Source: Candidatus Poribacteria bacterium
GTDB lineage: Bacteria; Poribacteria; WGA-4E; PCPOR2b
Direction: 5' to 3'
Length of the DNA stretch: 64,000 nucleotides
NCBI GenBank assembly: GCA_965218095.1
Contig: OZ244587.1
Location: forward strand, 5,152,001 to 5,216,000
This document shows, one piece after another, positions 9,978 to 20,076 of this stretch. Positions within the stretch are counted from its first letter, which is position 1, and each line of letters opens with the position of its first letter. The position numbers and the translations under genes were made by a program. A model generated the notes under the pieces. The model was not told the DNA's origin. It was given only the letters and a program-made list of their open reading frames with translations, and did not search any database.

Positions 9978-11098
9978 ATTTCACAAGCAAAATGGCTGAG
10001 TATCAACCGTGCTGTCCGTTCAACTGCTCCGGGGCATCCAAGTTGTTGATACACCTTGCGAAGCTCCGCTTGCTGTGCTTCTCGCTCCTTTGCATCCTGC
10101 AATAACCGGAGTGTGATCGGGGTCATGCGGTCTGCTTTTACTTGGTTTTGAAGTAACTCTGGAACAATCTCGCGCCCTGCGATAACGTTGGGCAAACCGC
10201 TGAACTCCAGCTTGACAAGCGTTTTGAGGATTCGCCACGACAGCGGCAACATCTTATAGACCACGATCATCGGCGTGCCCAAGCAAGCGGCTTCAAGGGT
10301 CGCTGTCCCTGACGCGATTAGCATGAGATCTGATGCTCGCATTGCTTCATATACTGCCTCGCTCACAACTTTGACACACGGCATCTCTGGCAAACAAGTT
10401 GGATCAATACCCGGCGCAAGCGGCAGGACAAATTGGCAGTCGGGTAAAGTTTGACGAAGCTGGCCCACGACCTCCAACATCACCGGAAGTAAGCTTTCAA
10501 CTTCTCGGCGGCGACTGCCGGGCATTAGCCCGAGTACATATCCATCTTCGCGTAAACCCAGTTCACGACGGGCTTCGACGCAACTGAGATCGGTTCGGGC
10601 AAAGTCCAACAGCGGGTGTCCCACGAACTTGACATTTGCGCCAGCATTCCGGTAAAATTCCGCTTCAAAAGGGAAGATTGACGTAACAACGGTCGTCGTT
10701 TTGGCAATCTTCTTTGCACGGCTACCACGCCACGCCCATGCTTTCGGAGGAATATAGTAGATGACGGGAATCCCCTGGTGATAGGCGAAACGCGCCAACG
10801 GCATGTTGAAATCCGCGAAATCAACCAGAACCACGGCATCGGGGCGCTTCGCACGAATCAGATGTTTGAGGTGTTTTCGCTTTTTCAGAAAAGTAGGGAT
10901 GGTGGTAATTACCTCGCCGATTCCCATCACCGCAGAGTCGCGGATATGATAGATCAGATTGACCTCCGCTGTCGCCATCAAATCGCCCCCCATGCCAAAG
11001 AGATCGACACCGGGTGCAAGTTCTTTGAGTTTTGCTGCTACACGAGAGGCCTGGAGATCGCCGGAAGGTTCGCCGGCGATAATCATAATCTTTGGCAT
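9974..11098 (-). CDS. lpxB: Lipid-A-disaccharide synthase
   Basis: IAGEPSGD, DFADFN, FVGHPL, PGSRRRE, SGTATLE, GLPN. Confidence 0.97.
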   Translation of the reverse strand: MPKIMIIAGEPSGDLQASRVAAKLKELAPGVDLFGMGGDLMATAEVNLIYHIRDSAVMGIGEVITTIPTFLKKRKHLKHLIRAKRPDAVVLVDFADFNMPLARFAYHQGIPVIYYIPPKAWAWRGSRAKKIAKTTTVVTSIFPFEAEFYRNAGANVKFVGHPLLDFARTDLSCVEARRELGLREDGYVLGLMPGSRRREVESLLPVMLEVVGQLRQTLPDCQFVLPLAPGIDPTCLPEMPCVKVVSEAVYEAMRASDLMLIASGTATLEAACLGTPMIVVYKMLPLSWRILKTLVKLEFSGLPNVIAGREIVPELLQNQVKADRMTPITLRLLQDAKEREAQQAELRKVYQQLGCPGAVERTARLILSHFACEM

Positions 11099-11190
11099 AA
11101 CCTTACCCTGTTTATTAACTGACAAACCGCGATTTATACTGTATTATAGAGAGCTTTGACTGTTGAGTAATTTTCAAAAAGAAAGTAATG

Positions 11191-11250
11191 GTTTGTAGTG
11201 AGGCGATTCATCGCCGTCCCAAACGCGCAATGAATTGCGCTACTACAAAC
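11191..11250. repeat. GTAG-type REP doublet
   Basis: GTTTGTAGTGAGGCGATTCATCGCC...GCGCAATGAATTGCGCTACTACAAAC, with terminal inverted repeats and two internal hairpins. Confidence 0.75.
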
Positions 11251-11353
11251 GGAATGTATAGTTAAGTGTCTCTATTATACGATGGTAATCGGTAGCAGGT
11301 CAAGCTTCGCTTTGCAAAGCCAGAAATTTAAAATCTTGTCGAAAGGGGAAATC

Positions 11354-11818
11354 ATGATCAGGAAATATCAGCCATCTGACCTTGAAACGTTGCGGCAGAT
11401 TACCGCTATCTGTTTTGAGGGCGTTTCAATCGATAAGAACATCGAAGACAAATTCGGTGTTATCGCTGGGGTGGATTGGAAGCAGCGCAAAATGCCACAC
11501 ATTAACGATGATGTGGAAGTGAATCCCAATGGCGTATTCGTCGCAGAGATCACCGGAGAGATCACTGGTTACATCACAACCCGGATCGATCACTGGACGA
11601 AAATTGGCGGCATTCCGAACCTCTCTGTACACCCCAACTTCCAACAACGCGGATTAGGCACGCGCCTCATTGAGACAGCGTTGACGTATCTCAAAGCAGA
11701 GGGGATGCTTTACGTAAGGATCGAGACATTGGCGCAGAATGAGATTGGAACCACGTTTTATCCCAAGATGGGCTTTGTCGAAGTCGCCCGGCAGATTCAC
11801 TATATTCGTCCGTTGTGA
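11354..11818 (+). CDS. GNAT family N-acetyltransferase
   Basis: LSVHPNFQQRGLGTRL acetyl-CoA motif, FYPKMGF. Confidence 0.9.
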   Translation: MIRKYQPSDLETLRQITAICFEGVSIDKNIEDKFGVIAGVDWKQRKMPHINDDVEVNPNGVFVAEITGEITGYITTRIDHWTKIGGIPNLSVHPNFQQRGLGTRLIETALTYLKAEGMLYVRIETLAQNEIGTTFYPKMGFVEVARQIHYIRPL

Positions 11819-11831
11819 CCCAGAAAAGGAA

Positions 11832-11860
11832 TTGACTTAACCGAAGATTTGGGATAAAAT
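11832..11860 (+). promoter_or_regulatory. Sigma70-like promoter for sucD
   Basis: TTGACT-17 bp-TAAAAT. Confidence 0.55.
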
Positions 11861-11905
11861 CGGGATTGGCACTTCAATAAACAATTGGTGAAGGAGTTAC
11901 ATCAA

Positions 11906-12781
11906 ATGAGCATTTTTGTGAATAAAAATACAAAAGTGGTCGTTCAAGGAATTACTGGTCGTTCAGGCCGATTTCATACGCAACAGTGCGTCGCTTACGG
12001 CACAAAAATCGTCGCTGGCGTAACACCCGGCAGAGGCGGTTCCGATGTCGACGGCATCCCGGTCTACGATACCGTTGCTGAAGCGGCTGCAGCGACGGGG
12101 GCAGATGCGTCCGTAATCTTTGTGCCCGCCAGGTTTGCCGCGGATTCGATCATGGAAGCCACCGATGCAGAGCTCAGGTTAGTCGTCTGCATCACAGAAG
12201 GCATTTCTGTCCTTGATATGGTCAAAGCCAAACGTTTCCTGGAGGGAAGACCAACTTGCCTGATTGGACCAAACTGCCCCGGCGTTATCACGCCCGGCGA
12301 GTGCAAAATCGGGATTATGCCCGGCTACATTCATCAGCTTGGAAAGATCGGCATTGTCTCTCGTAGTGGGACGTTGACGTATGAGGCCGTGGATCAGGTG
12401 ACCAAACTCGGTCTTGGGCAATCCACCTGCATCGGCATCGGCGGCGATCCGGTCATCGGCACAAATTTTGTTGACGTGCTAGAGATGTTTGAAGCGGACC
12501 CAGATACGGAAGCGGTGATCATGATCGGCGAAATTGGTGGGACAGCAGAGGAGGAGGCAGCTAAATTCGTGAAGGAAAACATGACCCAACCCGTCGTCAG
12601 CTTTATCGCCGGGCAAACGGCTCCACCGGGAAAGCGGATGGGGCATGCTGGAGCGATTATCTCCGGTGGGCACGGCACGGCGGCTAAGAAGATCGAGGCG
12701 TTGAAAGCGGCTGGTATCGCTGTCGCCGAAAGCCCCGCGACGATTGGGGAAACGCTGGTGAAAGCACTTGAGAATCGGTAG
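11906..12781 (+). CDS. sucD: Succinate--CoA ligase alpha subunit
   Basis: [28 protein letters not shown] phospho-His motif. Confidence 0.97.
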   Translation: MSIFVNKNTKVVVQGITGRSGRFHTQQCVAYGTKIVAGVTPGRGGSDVDGIPVYDTVAEAAAATGADASVIFVPARFAADSIMEATDAELRLVVCITEGISVLDMVKAKRFLEGRPTCLIGPNCPGVITPGECKIGIMPGYIHQLGKIGIVSRSGTLTYEAVDQVTKLGLGQSTCIGIGGDPVIGTNFVDVLEMFEADPDTEAVIMIGEIGGTAEEEAAKFVKENMTQPVVSFIAGQTAPPGKRMGHAGAIISGGHGTAAKKIEALKAAGIAVAESPATIGETLVKALENR

Positions 12782-12843
12782 AACAATGAATGAGAACCGG
12801 AAACAAATGATTGTCACAGTTGATTCGCGAGGTTTAATAGGTT

Positions 12844-12982
12844 CAGGACTTACGCAATTACGATAAGAAACCGGCGTGTTTTCTGTATCTGGCATCATAT
12901 ATCCTGTGCTGTGTTGAATTCAAGATTCAGGAGACAGCAAGGATTTGAGGAGAACCTGCAACATTCAAATGCGTAAATCCTG
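12844..12982. mobile_element. 139-bp MITE
   Basis: TIRs CAGGACTTACGCA / TGCGTAAATCCTG (12/13), between convergent genes; no clear TSD. Confidence 0.7.
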
Positions 12983-12987
12983 CGGTT

Positions 12988-14037
12988 CTAAAGCGGTAAT
13001 TCGACCATTCGTCCTTCTTTGCTGGATGTGTAGATGGCAAGGATAATTTCTACCGCTTTGCGTCCTTCACGCCCATTGACGAGGTGAGGCGTCCCGTTCT
13101 CAATAGTGTTGATGAGATCTTGCATTTGTCGGCGGTGGTTTTCATGGCTAATCGCACGCGGATCTGCGGCGCCGCCACCACCGGATCTCCTCTGCGCAAA
13201 TTGCTGATGAATTTCGGCATCTTCAGGAAGTTCCGGAGCAAACTCCCATTTGATAATATCCTCTTCTTCAAGAATCACAGTGCCGTTGCTCCCAGAGATT
13301 TCGGTCCTCTTCAGCATGCCGGGATAGGCAGTTGTTGTCCCTTCAATTACGCCTAACGCACCGTTTTCAAACCGAAGCGCCGCAACGGCGACATCTTCGA
13401 CCTCTATCCGTTCATGCGCCATTGTGTCGGTAAATGCTTGTACTGCTTTCACGGGGCCCATAAAATACTGGAGGAGATCGATTGCGTGGATTGACTGATT
13501 CATCAATGCGCCACCGCCGTCAAGCTCCCAGGTGCCTCGCCAACCACCACTGTCGTAGTATTCCTGTGTGCGATACCACTTGATGTAGGCGTCACCCAAG
13601 GTCAACACTCCGAAACGACCACTGTCGATCGTTTTCTTAACCAACTGGCTTCCCTCGGTAAATCGCGAGTTAAAGATGGCACATAAACGCACGTCTGCTT
13701 TGTCACACGCTTGAATGATGTCATCGCAACGGTCTAGAGTAATCTCAAGCGGCTTTTCAACGACGACATGTTTCCCCGCTCTTGCCGCAGCGACCGCCGG
13801 GGCTCTATGAGCCCCGCTGGGTGTGCACACGCAAATGATGTCGAGATCTTTGCGCTTCAACATTTCATTGTAATCGGGATACCAATCCACGTTGTAACGA
13901 TCCGCAACTCGCCTCGCGTTGTCTCCGTTTCTTGAGCTGACCGAGACCAATTTTCCACCTTCAAGCTCTGCAATCGCCGCCGAGTGAAAATCAGCAATCA
14001 TCCCGCAGCCGATAATCCCAAAATCGTAAGTTTTCAT
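12988..14037 (-). CDS. Gfo/Idh/MocA oxidoreductase
   Basis: GIIGCGMIA, VVEKP, DGGGALMNQSIHAID. Confidence 0.92.
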   Translation of the reverse strand: MKTYDFGIIGCGMIADFHSAAIAELEGGKLVSVSSRNGDNARRVADRYNVDWYPDYNEMLKRKDLDIICVCTPSGAHRAPAVAAARAGKHVVVEKPLEITLDRCDDIIQACDKADVRLCAIFNSRFTEGSQLVKKTIDSGRFGVLTLGDAYIKWYRTQEYYDSGGWRGTWELDGGGALMNQSIHAIDLLQYFMGPVKAVQAFTDTMAHERIEVEDVAVAALRFENGALGVIEGTTTAYPGMLKRTEISGSNGTVILEEEDIIKWEFAPELPEDAEIHQQFAQRRSGGGGAADPRAISHENHRRQMQDLINTIENGTPHLVNGREGRKAVEIILAIYTSSKEGRMVELPL

Positions 14038-14076
14038 AAAATGATGACTCCTTGTTCGTTGGGATTTCTTTCTCAT

Positions 14077-14235
14077 TCAACTTAATTCAAGTTCAGCCAA
14101 AGAAGAAGCGATTATTAATCTTTTAGCCAGATCCGATAGTTTAGCCTCGGATCCGATTTTCTGAATCCGATCGACAACTTCCTGTGGCAAGGGTCCGAAT
14201 TTGGCTTGCAACTGTTGGGATAACATCTTCTGCCT
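14077..14235 (-). pseudogene. DUF4351-like (Rpn-associated) C-terminal remnant
   Basis: Alternate frame reads QKMLSQQLQAKFGPLPQEVVDRIQKIGSEAKLSDLAKRLIIASSLAELELS*. Confidence 0.55.
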
Positions 14236-14470
14236 CTAATTCAATATTGTCTGAAAGCCCAAAGCGATCTTGGTAACGATTATCCTCCAGCTTGGTTCTC
14301 AGGAATTTTTGGTGCTCAACTCTTTCCTTCTGCAAGCTGTTTTCCTCATTGGGATTTTTGTTGTTGCTTAGTTTAGCACAGATCTCAGTCACTTGCAAAC
14401 GAGAATTTTGGGTTGGCACATGGAGGCTCCTCTGGTATAATCTCGATTATCTATAGCGTAAGGAGATCAC

Positions 14471-14785
14471 ATGGACACCTCAAAAGAAGAATTATACAAA
14501 GAATTCCTGAAAGACAATCCCGATAACCCGATGGTCCATTTTTCGTTGGGTTTGCTGTATCTCGACGAAAATCGACTTGAAGAAGTAATCGAAGAATTCA
14601 AAACGACGATTAAGCTGCAACCGGACTATATGGCGGCTTTTTGGAAACTCGCAAACGCCTATGAGGAAATCCAAGAGATCGACAAAGCCCTCGAAACTTA
14701 TGAGCAAACCTTGCACCTTGCACAGCAAAACGATGATAGCAATATGATCGAAGATGTACAGGAGCGGTTAGAATTCCTCAAATGA
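14471..14785 (+). CDS. TPR protein
   Basis: AGGAG RBS, two TPR motifs. Confidence 0.85.
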   Translation: MDTSKEELYKEFLKDNPDNPMVHFSLGLLYLDENRLEEVIEEFKTTIKLQPDYMAAFWKLANAYEEIQEIDKALETYEQTLHLAQQNDDSNMIEDVQERLEFLK

Positions 14786-15354
14786 TAAGAAAAGTAAGCA
14801 TGGCCTTTTGCCTCATGGTAACGCTTGTGTTTATCTGGATCTGGCACCATCAGAGTCAGTTTAACGACCATTCGCGCAAAGCCCTTTTTCATCTGAGAAA
14901 TGGCGAATTAGATCCAGCGATCAAAGCGTATACCAAAGCCATCAAGCAAAAAAAGCGCACGATTTTTTTTACCCAAGAGCCATCGGCATACAATAATCTG
15001 GGTCAAGCCTATCTGCGTAAAGCAGAATACGATCAGGCAATCACTGCTTTCCAAAAAGTGCTTGAAATGAAACCGGATGCGATGGAGGCTTATATCAATT
15101 TGGCGACAGCTTACCTGAAGCAGAATTTGCCGGACAAAGCAGTCAAATTTTGTGAGAAGGCAATTCAGATTACCCCGAATGTCGCGCTGATCCGCTATAA
15201 CCTCGCCTGCGCCTATGCCCTCAAAGATGAAAACGAGAAATCTATTGATTCCCTCAAACGGGCAATCGCCCTTGATGAGAGAATGAAGGCGTTTGCAAGA
15301 GAGGAAAGCGCGTTTGATCATCTCCGGTCACATCCCGTATTTTCCGCTGAATAA
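14782..15354 (+). CDS. Membrane-anchored TPR protein
   Basis: N-terminal hydrophobic helix, AYNNLG/AYINLA/YNLACAY TPR motifs; ATGA overlap with upstream gene. Confidence 0.85.
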   Translation: MIRKVSMAFCLMVTLVFIWIWHHQSQFNDHSRKALFHLRNGELDPAIKAYTKAIKQKKRTIFFTQEPSAYNNLGQAYLRKAEYDQAITAFQKVLEMKPDAMEAYINLATAYLKQNLPDKAVKFCEKAIQITPNVALIRYNLACAYALKDENEKSIDSLKRAIALDERMKAFAREESAFDHLRSHPVFSAE

Positions 15355-16161
15355 ATTCTGTACCATCCCGCTTAATTGTCCACATCCGCGGGGCGGGGTC
15401 GCCAGAGTATGCAATCAGATCCGGGGGTTTGGGGTGAAATTGCGGGTGAATGATCGTTTGATTTTCTGAAGAACTCATACCGATGCCATCACCCCTTTTT
15501 TAACTGGGAATACTGTTGTATCTCAGTTGCTTTTGATCGTCGTGTTCCACACTTCTTTCATAAAGTGAATGGGTATCCGAAGCGGAAATTTTGGGCCATA
15601 AATTATTTCCTTTCCTTTCTTTATTTTACCACATCTTTAGGTTTTACTCAATATGACTTCGAAGTGTGAATCACCCGTCCACCCGAGCCGTCCGTCGCTG
15701 TGACGGTGATATACGACTTGCTGGCTCGCTTCATCGCTGTAACGATGTGCTTTTCATCACCACTGAGGCTGCACTCACCGAGTCCGCCACCGTCGAATTC
15801 TTCCAGTGTCCGTTCCTCCAGCGATTCAAGAGGGATAGCTTTGATCGCCTCTCGCCGCGTAGAAAAAAGTTCCCGTCCATCTTTCGAGATAATCCCTGAA
15901 TATCCGTGAACCCCATCAGCATCGGTCAGTTGGACAATCTTCCCATTGGGGAATTCGAGTTTGTAAAAATCCAGCTTTCCGGATCGGTAAGATGTAAAGA
16001 CGATCTGCCCTTGATCGGGCGTGAAGGATGGGGTGAGAAAATAGGGGTTGTGGTTAATCGAGGGATGATCGGTGAGTTGGTAGATATGGGTGCCAGTCTG
16101 GCTATTCTTCAAATTCACAAAGTTCCGACGGGTGGGTTGAGCCTTTTGCGTATTGCGCCAT
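15355..16161 (-). pseudogene. Oligogalacturonate-lyase/TolB-like propeller gene, disrupted
   Basis: MAQYAKG...FE/DSQTG frameshift near 16105; QLT..PSINHNPYF; split by about 190 bp of foreign DNA between IHTS and ENQTIIHPQFHP; 3' truncated. Confidence 0.65.
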
Positions 16162-16286
16162 TGCTGCCTCCTTTTTGCAGAAGTGTGGCAAGCGAAACGG
16201 GAGATTTTTCTCACCAGATTTCGCTTGATTTCGGGTCGTGTTCGTGATAAGATGAAATAGTTTCAAGAGAGGAGATTGGACTTTAG

Positions 16287-18011
16287 ATGAAACTCTCACC
16301 GATCGACGGGGCAATCATTGTTGGCTATATTCTCTTTGCGCTTGGACTTGGCATTTACTATTCCAAACGTGCCGGGAGGAATATCAACGAATTCTTCATC
16401 TCGGGACGAAACTTGCCGTGGTGGCTCGCAGGCACATCAATGGTTGCAACGACGTTTGCTGCGGATACGCCGTTGGCTGTCACGGGGCTCGTTGTCAACG
16501 ACGGTATTGCGGGGAATTGGCTCTGGTGGAATATGGTTCTGAGCGGGATGTTGGCGACCTTCCTGTTTTCGCGCCTCTGGCGGCGAGCAGGAATTATCAC
16601 CGACATTGAACTGACGGAGTTACGTTACTCCGGCAGACCTGCAAGTGTTTTGCGCGGGGCTCGCGCCCTTTACATTGGGTTGCCGATCAACTGCATCACC
16701 ATGGGGTGGGTCATCCTCGCCATGCAGAAGATTATCGTGCTGACCTTCGATCTGCCGGATACCGGGGCATCAAAAATTCTCGCAGTCCTTGCGTGTATGC
16801 TGATTGCAGGTGTTTATTGTGCGCTTTCCGGCTTTTGGGGCGTTGTCATGACAGATCTCATCCAGTTTAGCATGGCAATGATCGGTTCTATCGCGTTAGC
16901 AATTATTGCCGTGGCCAAGATTGGTGGAATTAGCGCACTAAAGACAAAGCTGGTACAGACACATGGAGCAGACCATACAATTCTGAATTTCTTGCCGGAT
17001 CTGAGTGCCGGGGAGATGGCGATATTGACGTTTGGCGTTTACCTCGGCGTACAGTGGTGGGCCTCCAATGGGGTGGACGGGAGCGGCTACATCGCCCAGC
17101 GGATGTTCGCAGCGAAGGATGAGCGAAATACGCTGCTCGCCACGCTATGGTTCAATATCGCCCACTATACGTTGCGACCCTGGCCATGGATTCTCGTCGC
17201 CCTGGTGTCGATGGTCGTTCACCCCGGTCTTGAGGATGCGGAGGCGGGCTATCCGATGTTGATGCTCGAATACCTGCCCGTTGGGTTGCTGGGGCTAGTG
17301 ATGACGGCATTTCTTGCGGCGTTTATGTCGACGATTGACACCCATCTCAACTGGGGGGCGTCCTATCTCGTCAACGACTTCTACAAACGCTTCTTCAGAC
17401 CGGAGGCTGACGACCGTCACTACGTGATCGTGTCGCGCATTTCGGTGGTGCTGATCATGGTCGTTGCAGGCGTGACCAGTCTGTTCATGAATTCGATTGC
17501 CGGCGCATGGAAATTCCTCATTGCCCTCAACGCAGGTATCGGACTTGTACAGATTCTGCGGTGGTACTGGTGGCGGATCAATGCCTGGTCGGAGATCGCC
17601 GCGATGTTTGCTTCAGCGATTGTGTCGGCGGTTGTGTTTACCTTGCCTCAGACAAAGGATCACTTCGCGTATCAGATGTTGATCATCGTGCCGATTTCGA
17701 CGCTGGCTTGGCTGATAACGACCCTAGCTACCGCTCCTGTTTCAGAGGACACGTTAATCGCATTTTATAATCGCGTGCATCCCAGTGGTGGATGGTGGGG
17801 GCGGATTGCCAGCCGTGCAAACGTCAAACCGATCTCGGAAGACGGCACGCCGGCACTGATAAACTGGCTGCTGGGTTCGATCTTTGTGTATTGCACACTG
17901 TTTGCATTCGGCAAATTGATTTTGGGCTTCTATGGCGCGGGATTAACTTTTCTGCTGATTGCGCTGGTGTCGGGTGGCTTGGTTTACCGGGGATTGCCGA
18001 TTCGCTTATGA
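16287..18011 (+). CDS. Sodium:solute symporter (SSS family)
   Basis: GRNLPWW..G.SMVATTF, WGVVMTD, YIAQRM, AAFMST; multiple TM helices. Confidence 0.92.
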   Translation: MKLSPIDGAIIVGYILFALGLGIYYSKRAGRNINEFFISGRNLPWWLAGTSMVATTFAADTPLAVTGLVVNDGIAGNWLWWNMVLSGMLATFLFSRLWRRAGIITDIELTELRYSGRPASVLRGARALYIGLPINCITMGWVILAMQKIIVLTFDLPDTGASKILAVLACMLIAGVYCALSGFWGVVMTDLIQFSMAMIGSIALAIIAVAKIGGISALKTKLVQTHGADHTILNFLPDLSAGEMAILTFGVYLGVQWWASNGVDGSGYIAQRMFAAKDERNTLLATLWFNIAHYTLRPWPWILVALVSMVVHPGLEDAEAGYPMLMLEYLPVGLLGLVMTAFLAAFMSTIDTHLNWGASYLVNDFYKRFFRPEADDRHYVIVSRISVVLIMVVAGVTSLFMNSIAGAWKFLIALNAGIGLVQILRWYWWRINAWSEIAAMFASAIVSAVVFTLPQTKDHFAYQMLIIVPISTLAWLITTLATAPVSEDTLIAFYNRVHPSGGWWGRIASRANVKPISEDGTPALINWLLGSIFVYCTLFAFGKLILGFYGAGLTFLLIALVSGGLVYRGLPIRL

Positions 18012-18030
18012 AAGGCTTGGGAAACCATCA

Positions 18031-18228
18031 ATGACACGGAACAAAAACACGTCAATCCTGGATTGGCAACACCTTCGACCAAAGGTCACAGCAGAACTAT
18101 TCCAAGAAATCACCCATCGGATTGTTGAGCAATTCCACCCAGAGAAAGTCACTCTCTTTGGTTCTTATGCGTATGGTAATCCGACACCACACAAGGTGGA
18201 ATCCAGAAGGGTAGAAATATGCAAATGA
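18031..18228 (+). pseudogene. Truncated minimal nucleotidyltransferase (MNT)
   Basis: RIVEQFHPEKVTLFGSYAYGNP, then the DxD motif is missing; ends in an octamer repeat (GCAAATGA GCAAGTGA GCAAATGA). Confidence 0.6.
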
Positions 18229-18400
18229 GCAAGTGAGCAAATGACTGGAGAAAGAACAAAAAGTCTTGCCAATCTCCTCAACGGATTCAAAGAGGCTACC
18301 ATCAAGGTAGCATCTACTGATTCTCGACTCCCTTTGTAAATTTCTACCAGCAGGGAGTGATTGAAGATTTGATGAAAGAAACTAATGAAGCAGGTTAAAA

Positions 18401-18904
18401 ATGCCAGAGACGATTTTCGATCTTTCAGCCAAAAAAATAATGCCATTCACGCTGATCTACCTGAAATCTGGCGATGAGGTACTGCTGCTCAAAAGGTCGC
18501 CTGACAAAGAGATGCACGCTGGCGAGTGGCTTGGTCTGGGCGGAAAAGTGGAGCCGGGCGAAGAATTTGTAGCGTCGGCCATCAGAGAGTTTGCAGAGGA
18601 GTCGGGACTGACAATCGGAAATCCAACACTTCGTGGCACGTTCTCCTGGATCGGCGAGACGACGGCAGGGGCTTTGTACCTTTTCGTTGCAACGGAATAC
18701 GAGGGCAATCTCCTGAAGGGAACCGATGAAGGGGTTTTGGGTTGGCACAATATTAACGATCTCAATGGCTTGGAGGGTTTTGCCGAGCATCAAAAACTGT
18801 TCTTGCCAAAGATCCTGCGCGATGATGACTACTTCTATTGCGGCATGGGGCTCTTCGATGCGGAAAGTATGGTTCAATACGCCGATAGTAATCAGTATTT
18901 TTAG
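18401..18904 (+). CDS. NUDIX hydrolase (MutT/8-oxo-dGTPase-like)
   Basis: GGKVEPGE...AIREFAEESGL Nudix box. Confidence 0.9.
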   Translation: MPETIFDLSAKKIMPFTLIYLKSGDEVLLLKRSPDKEMHAGEWLGLGGKVEPGEEFVASAIREFAEESGLTIGNPTLRGTFSWIGETTAGALYLFVATEYEGNLLKGTDEGVLGWHNINDLNGLEGFAEHQKLFLPKILRDDDYFYCGMGLFDAESMVQYADSNQYF

Positions 18905-18917
18905 ATCGAGGTAGGGC

Positions 18918-19238
18918 ATGAAACACAACAAATTGGTTAGGGACAAGATCCCCAGCATCATTAAGAAACATGGTGATAAATCTATCACCCAGATATTGAG
19001 TCCCGATGCATACCGAAGGGAACTGTGGAGAAAGTTGGGTGAAGAAGTCGCTGAATTTGGAGTGTCAAACCAAATCGAAGAGTTAGCGGACATTCTTGAA
19101 GTGGTCTACGCCTTAGCCGCTGTCGAAGGTGTTAGTCAATCCCAGCTTGAAGAGATGAGAAGGAAAAAACGAGAGGAAAGAGGCGGATTTGACCGGCGAA
19201 TCTTCCTTGTTGAAACGAATTCAGCAGATAAGCCATAA
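18918..19238 (+). CDS. MazG/PRA-PH-like nucleoside triphosphate pyrophosphohydrolase
   Basis: NKLVRDKIP...KLGEEVAEF...EELADILEV...KREERGGF. Confidence 0.88.
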   Translation: MKHNKLVRDKIPSIIKKHGDKSITQILSPDAYRRELWRKLGEEVAEFGVSNQIEELADILEVVYALAAVEGVSQSQLEEMRRKKREERGGFDRRIFLVETNSADKP

Positions 19239-19266
19239 TCCTTTGATTCAAGGAGAACAGAAAGTC

Positions 19267-20004
19267 GTGAAAATCGTAGGAATTATCCCCGCACGTTACG
19301 CATCAAGTCGATTTGAGGGAAAGGCGTTGGTGGACATTTTGGGAAAACCGATGGTGCAGCGTGTCTATGAGCGAGCCTCCCGCGCTAAAACGCTTGATGA
19401 GGTCATTGTTGCAACCGACGACCAGCGCATCTACGATGCGGTCGCCGGATTCGGCGGGAAAGCCGTCATGACATCGCCGGACTGCTCCACGGGGACCGAA
19501 AGGGTGGCGGCGGTCGCGGAAACGCTGGATTGCGATGTCGTTGCCAATATTCAGGGCGATGAACCGTTGCTGGAGCCGGTGGTCCTCGATCAGATGATTC
19601 AACCGTTCCTTGATGATCCGGACGTGCAAATCAGCACACTGAAACAGCGCGTCGATAATGAAGCGGATTATCAAGACCCTAACGTCGTGAAGGTTGCGAC
19701 CGATCTTGAGGGCTTCGCGCTGTATTTTTCGAGGGGGTCAATTCCCGGTAATCTCGCAAATGACTGGATTCCAGCCAACCCAATCTATCGGCATGTCGGG
19801 TTGTACGCCTACCGCAGAGAACGGCTGCTTGCGTTCACCCAATGGGAGCGGACGCCGCATGAGATCGCCGAAGGGTTGGAGCAGTTGCGTTTCCTCGAAC
19901 ACGGCGTTCGCATCTGCGTTGTTGAAACAGAGCATTTGTTGATTGGCGTCGATGTGCCGGCAGATTTGGAGCGCGTGCTTGAAATCTTGAGATCGCGGCA
20001 GTAG
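19267..20004 (+). CDS. kdsB: 3-deoxy-manno-octulosonate cytidylyltransferase
   Basis: IIPARYASSRF.GK, GTER, NIQGDEP, LYFSR, LEQLR. Confidence 0.97.
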   Translation: MKIVGIIPARYASSRFEGKALVDILGKPMVQRVYERASRAKTLDEVIVATDDQRIYDAVAGFGGKAVMTSPDCSTGTERVAAVAETLDCDVVANIQGDEPLLEPVVLDQMIQPFLDDPDVQISTLKQRVDNEADYQDPNVVKVATDLEGFALYFSRGSIPGNLANDWIPANPIYRHVGLYAYRRERLLAFTQWERTPHEIAEGLEQLRFLEHGVRICVVETEHLLIGVDVPADLERVLEILRSRQ

Positions 20005-20005
20005 A

Positions 20006-20056
20006 TTACGTTTTACGCATTACGAAATACGCAATGCATGGTTTGCGTATTTTTTA
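20006..20056 (+). repeat. Heptamer repeat at the kdsB/pyrG junction
   Basis: TTACGTT TTACGCA TTACGAA ATACGCA, followed by a partial inverted copy. Confidence 0.75.
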
Positions 20057-20076
20057 CAGAAGGAGTTACTATTGAG

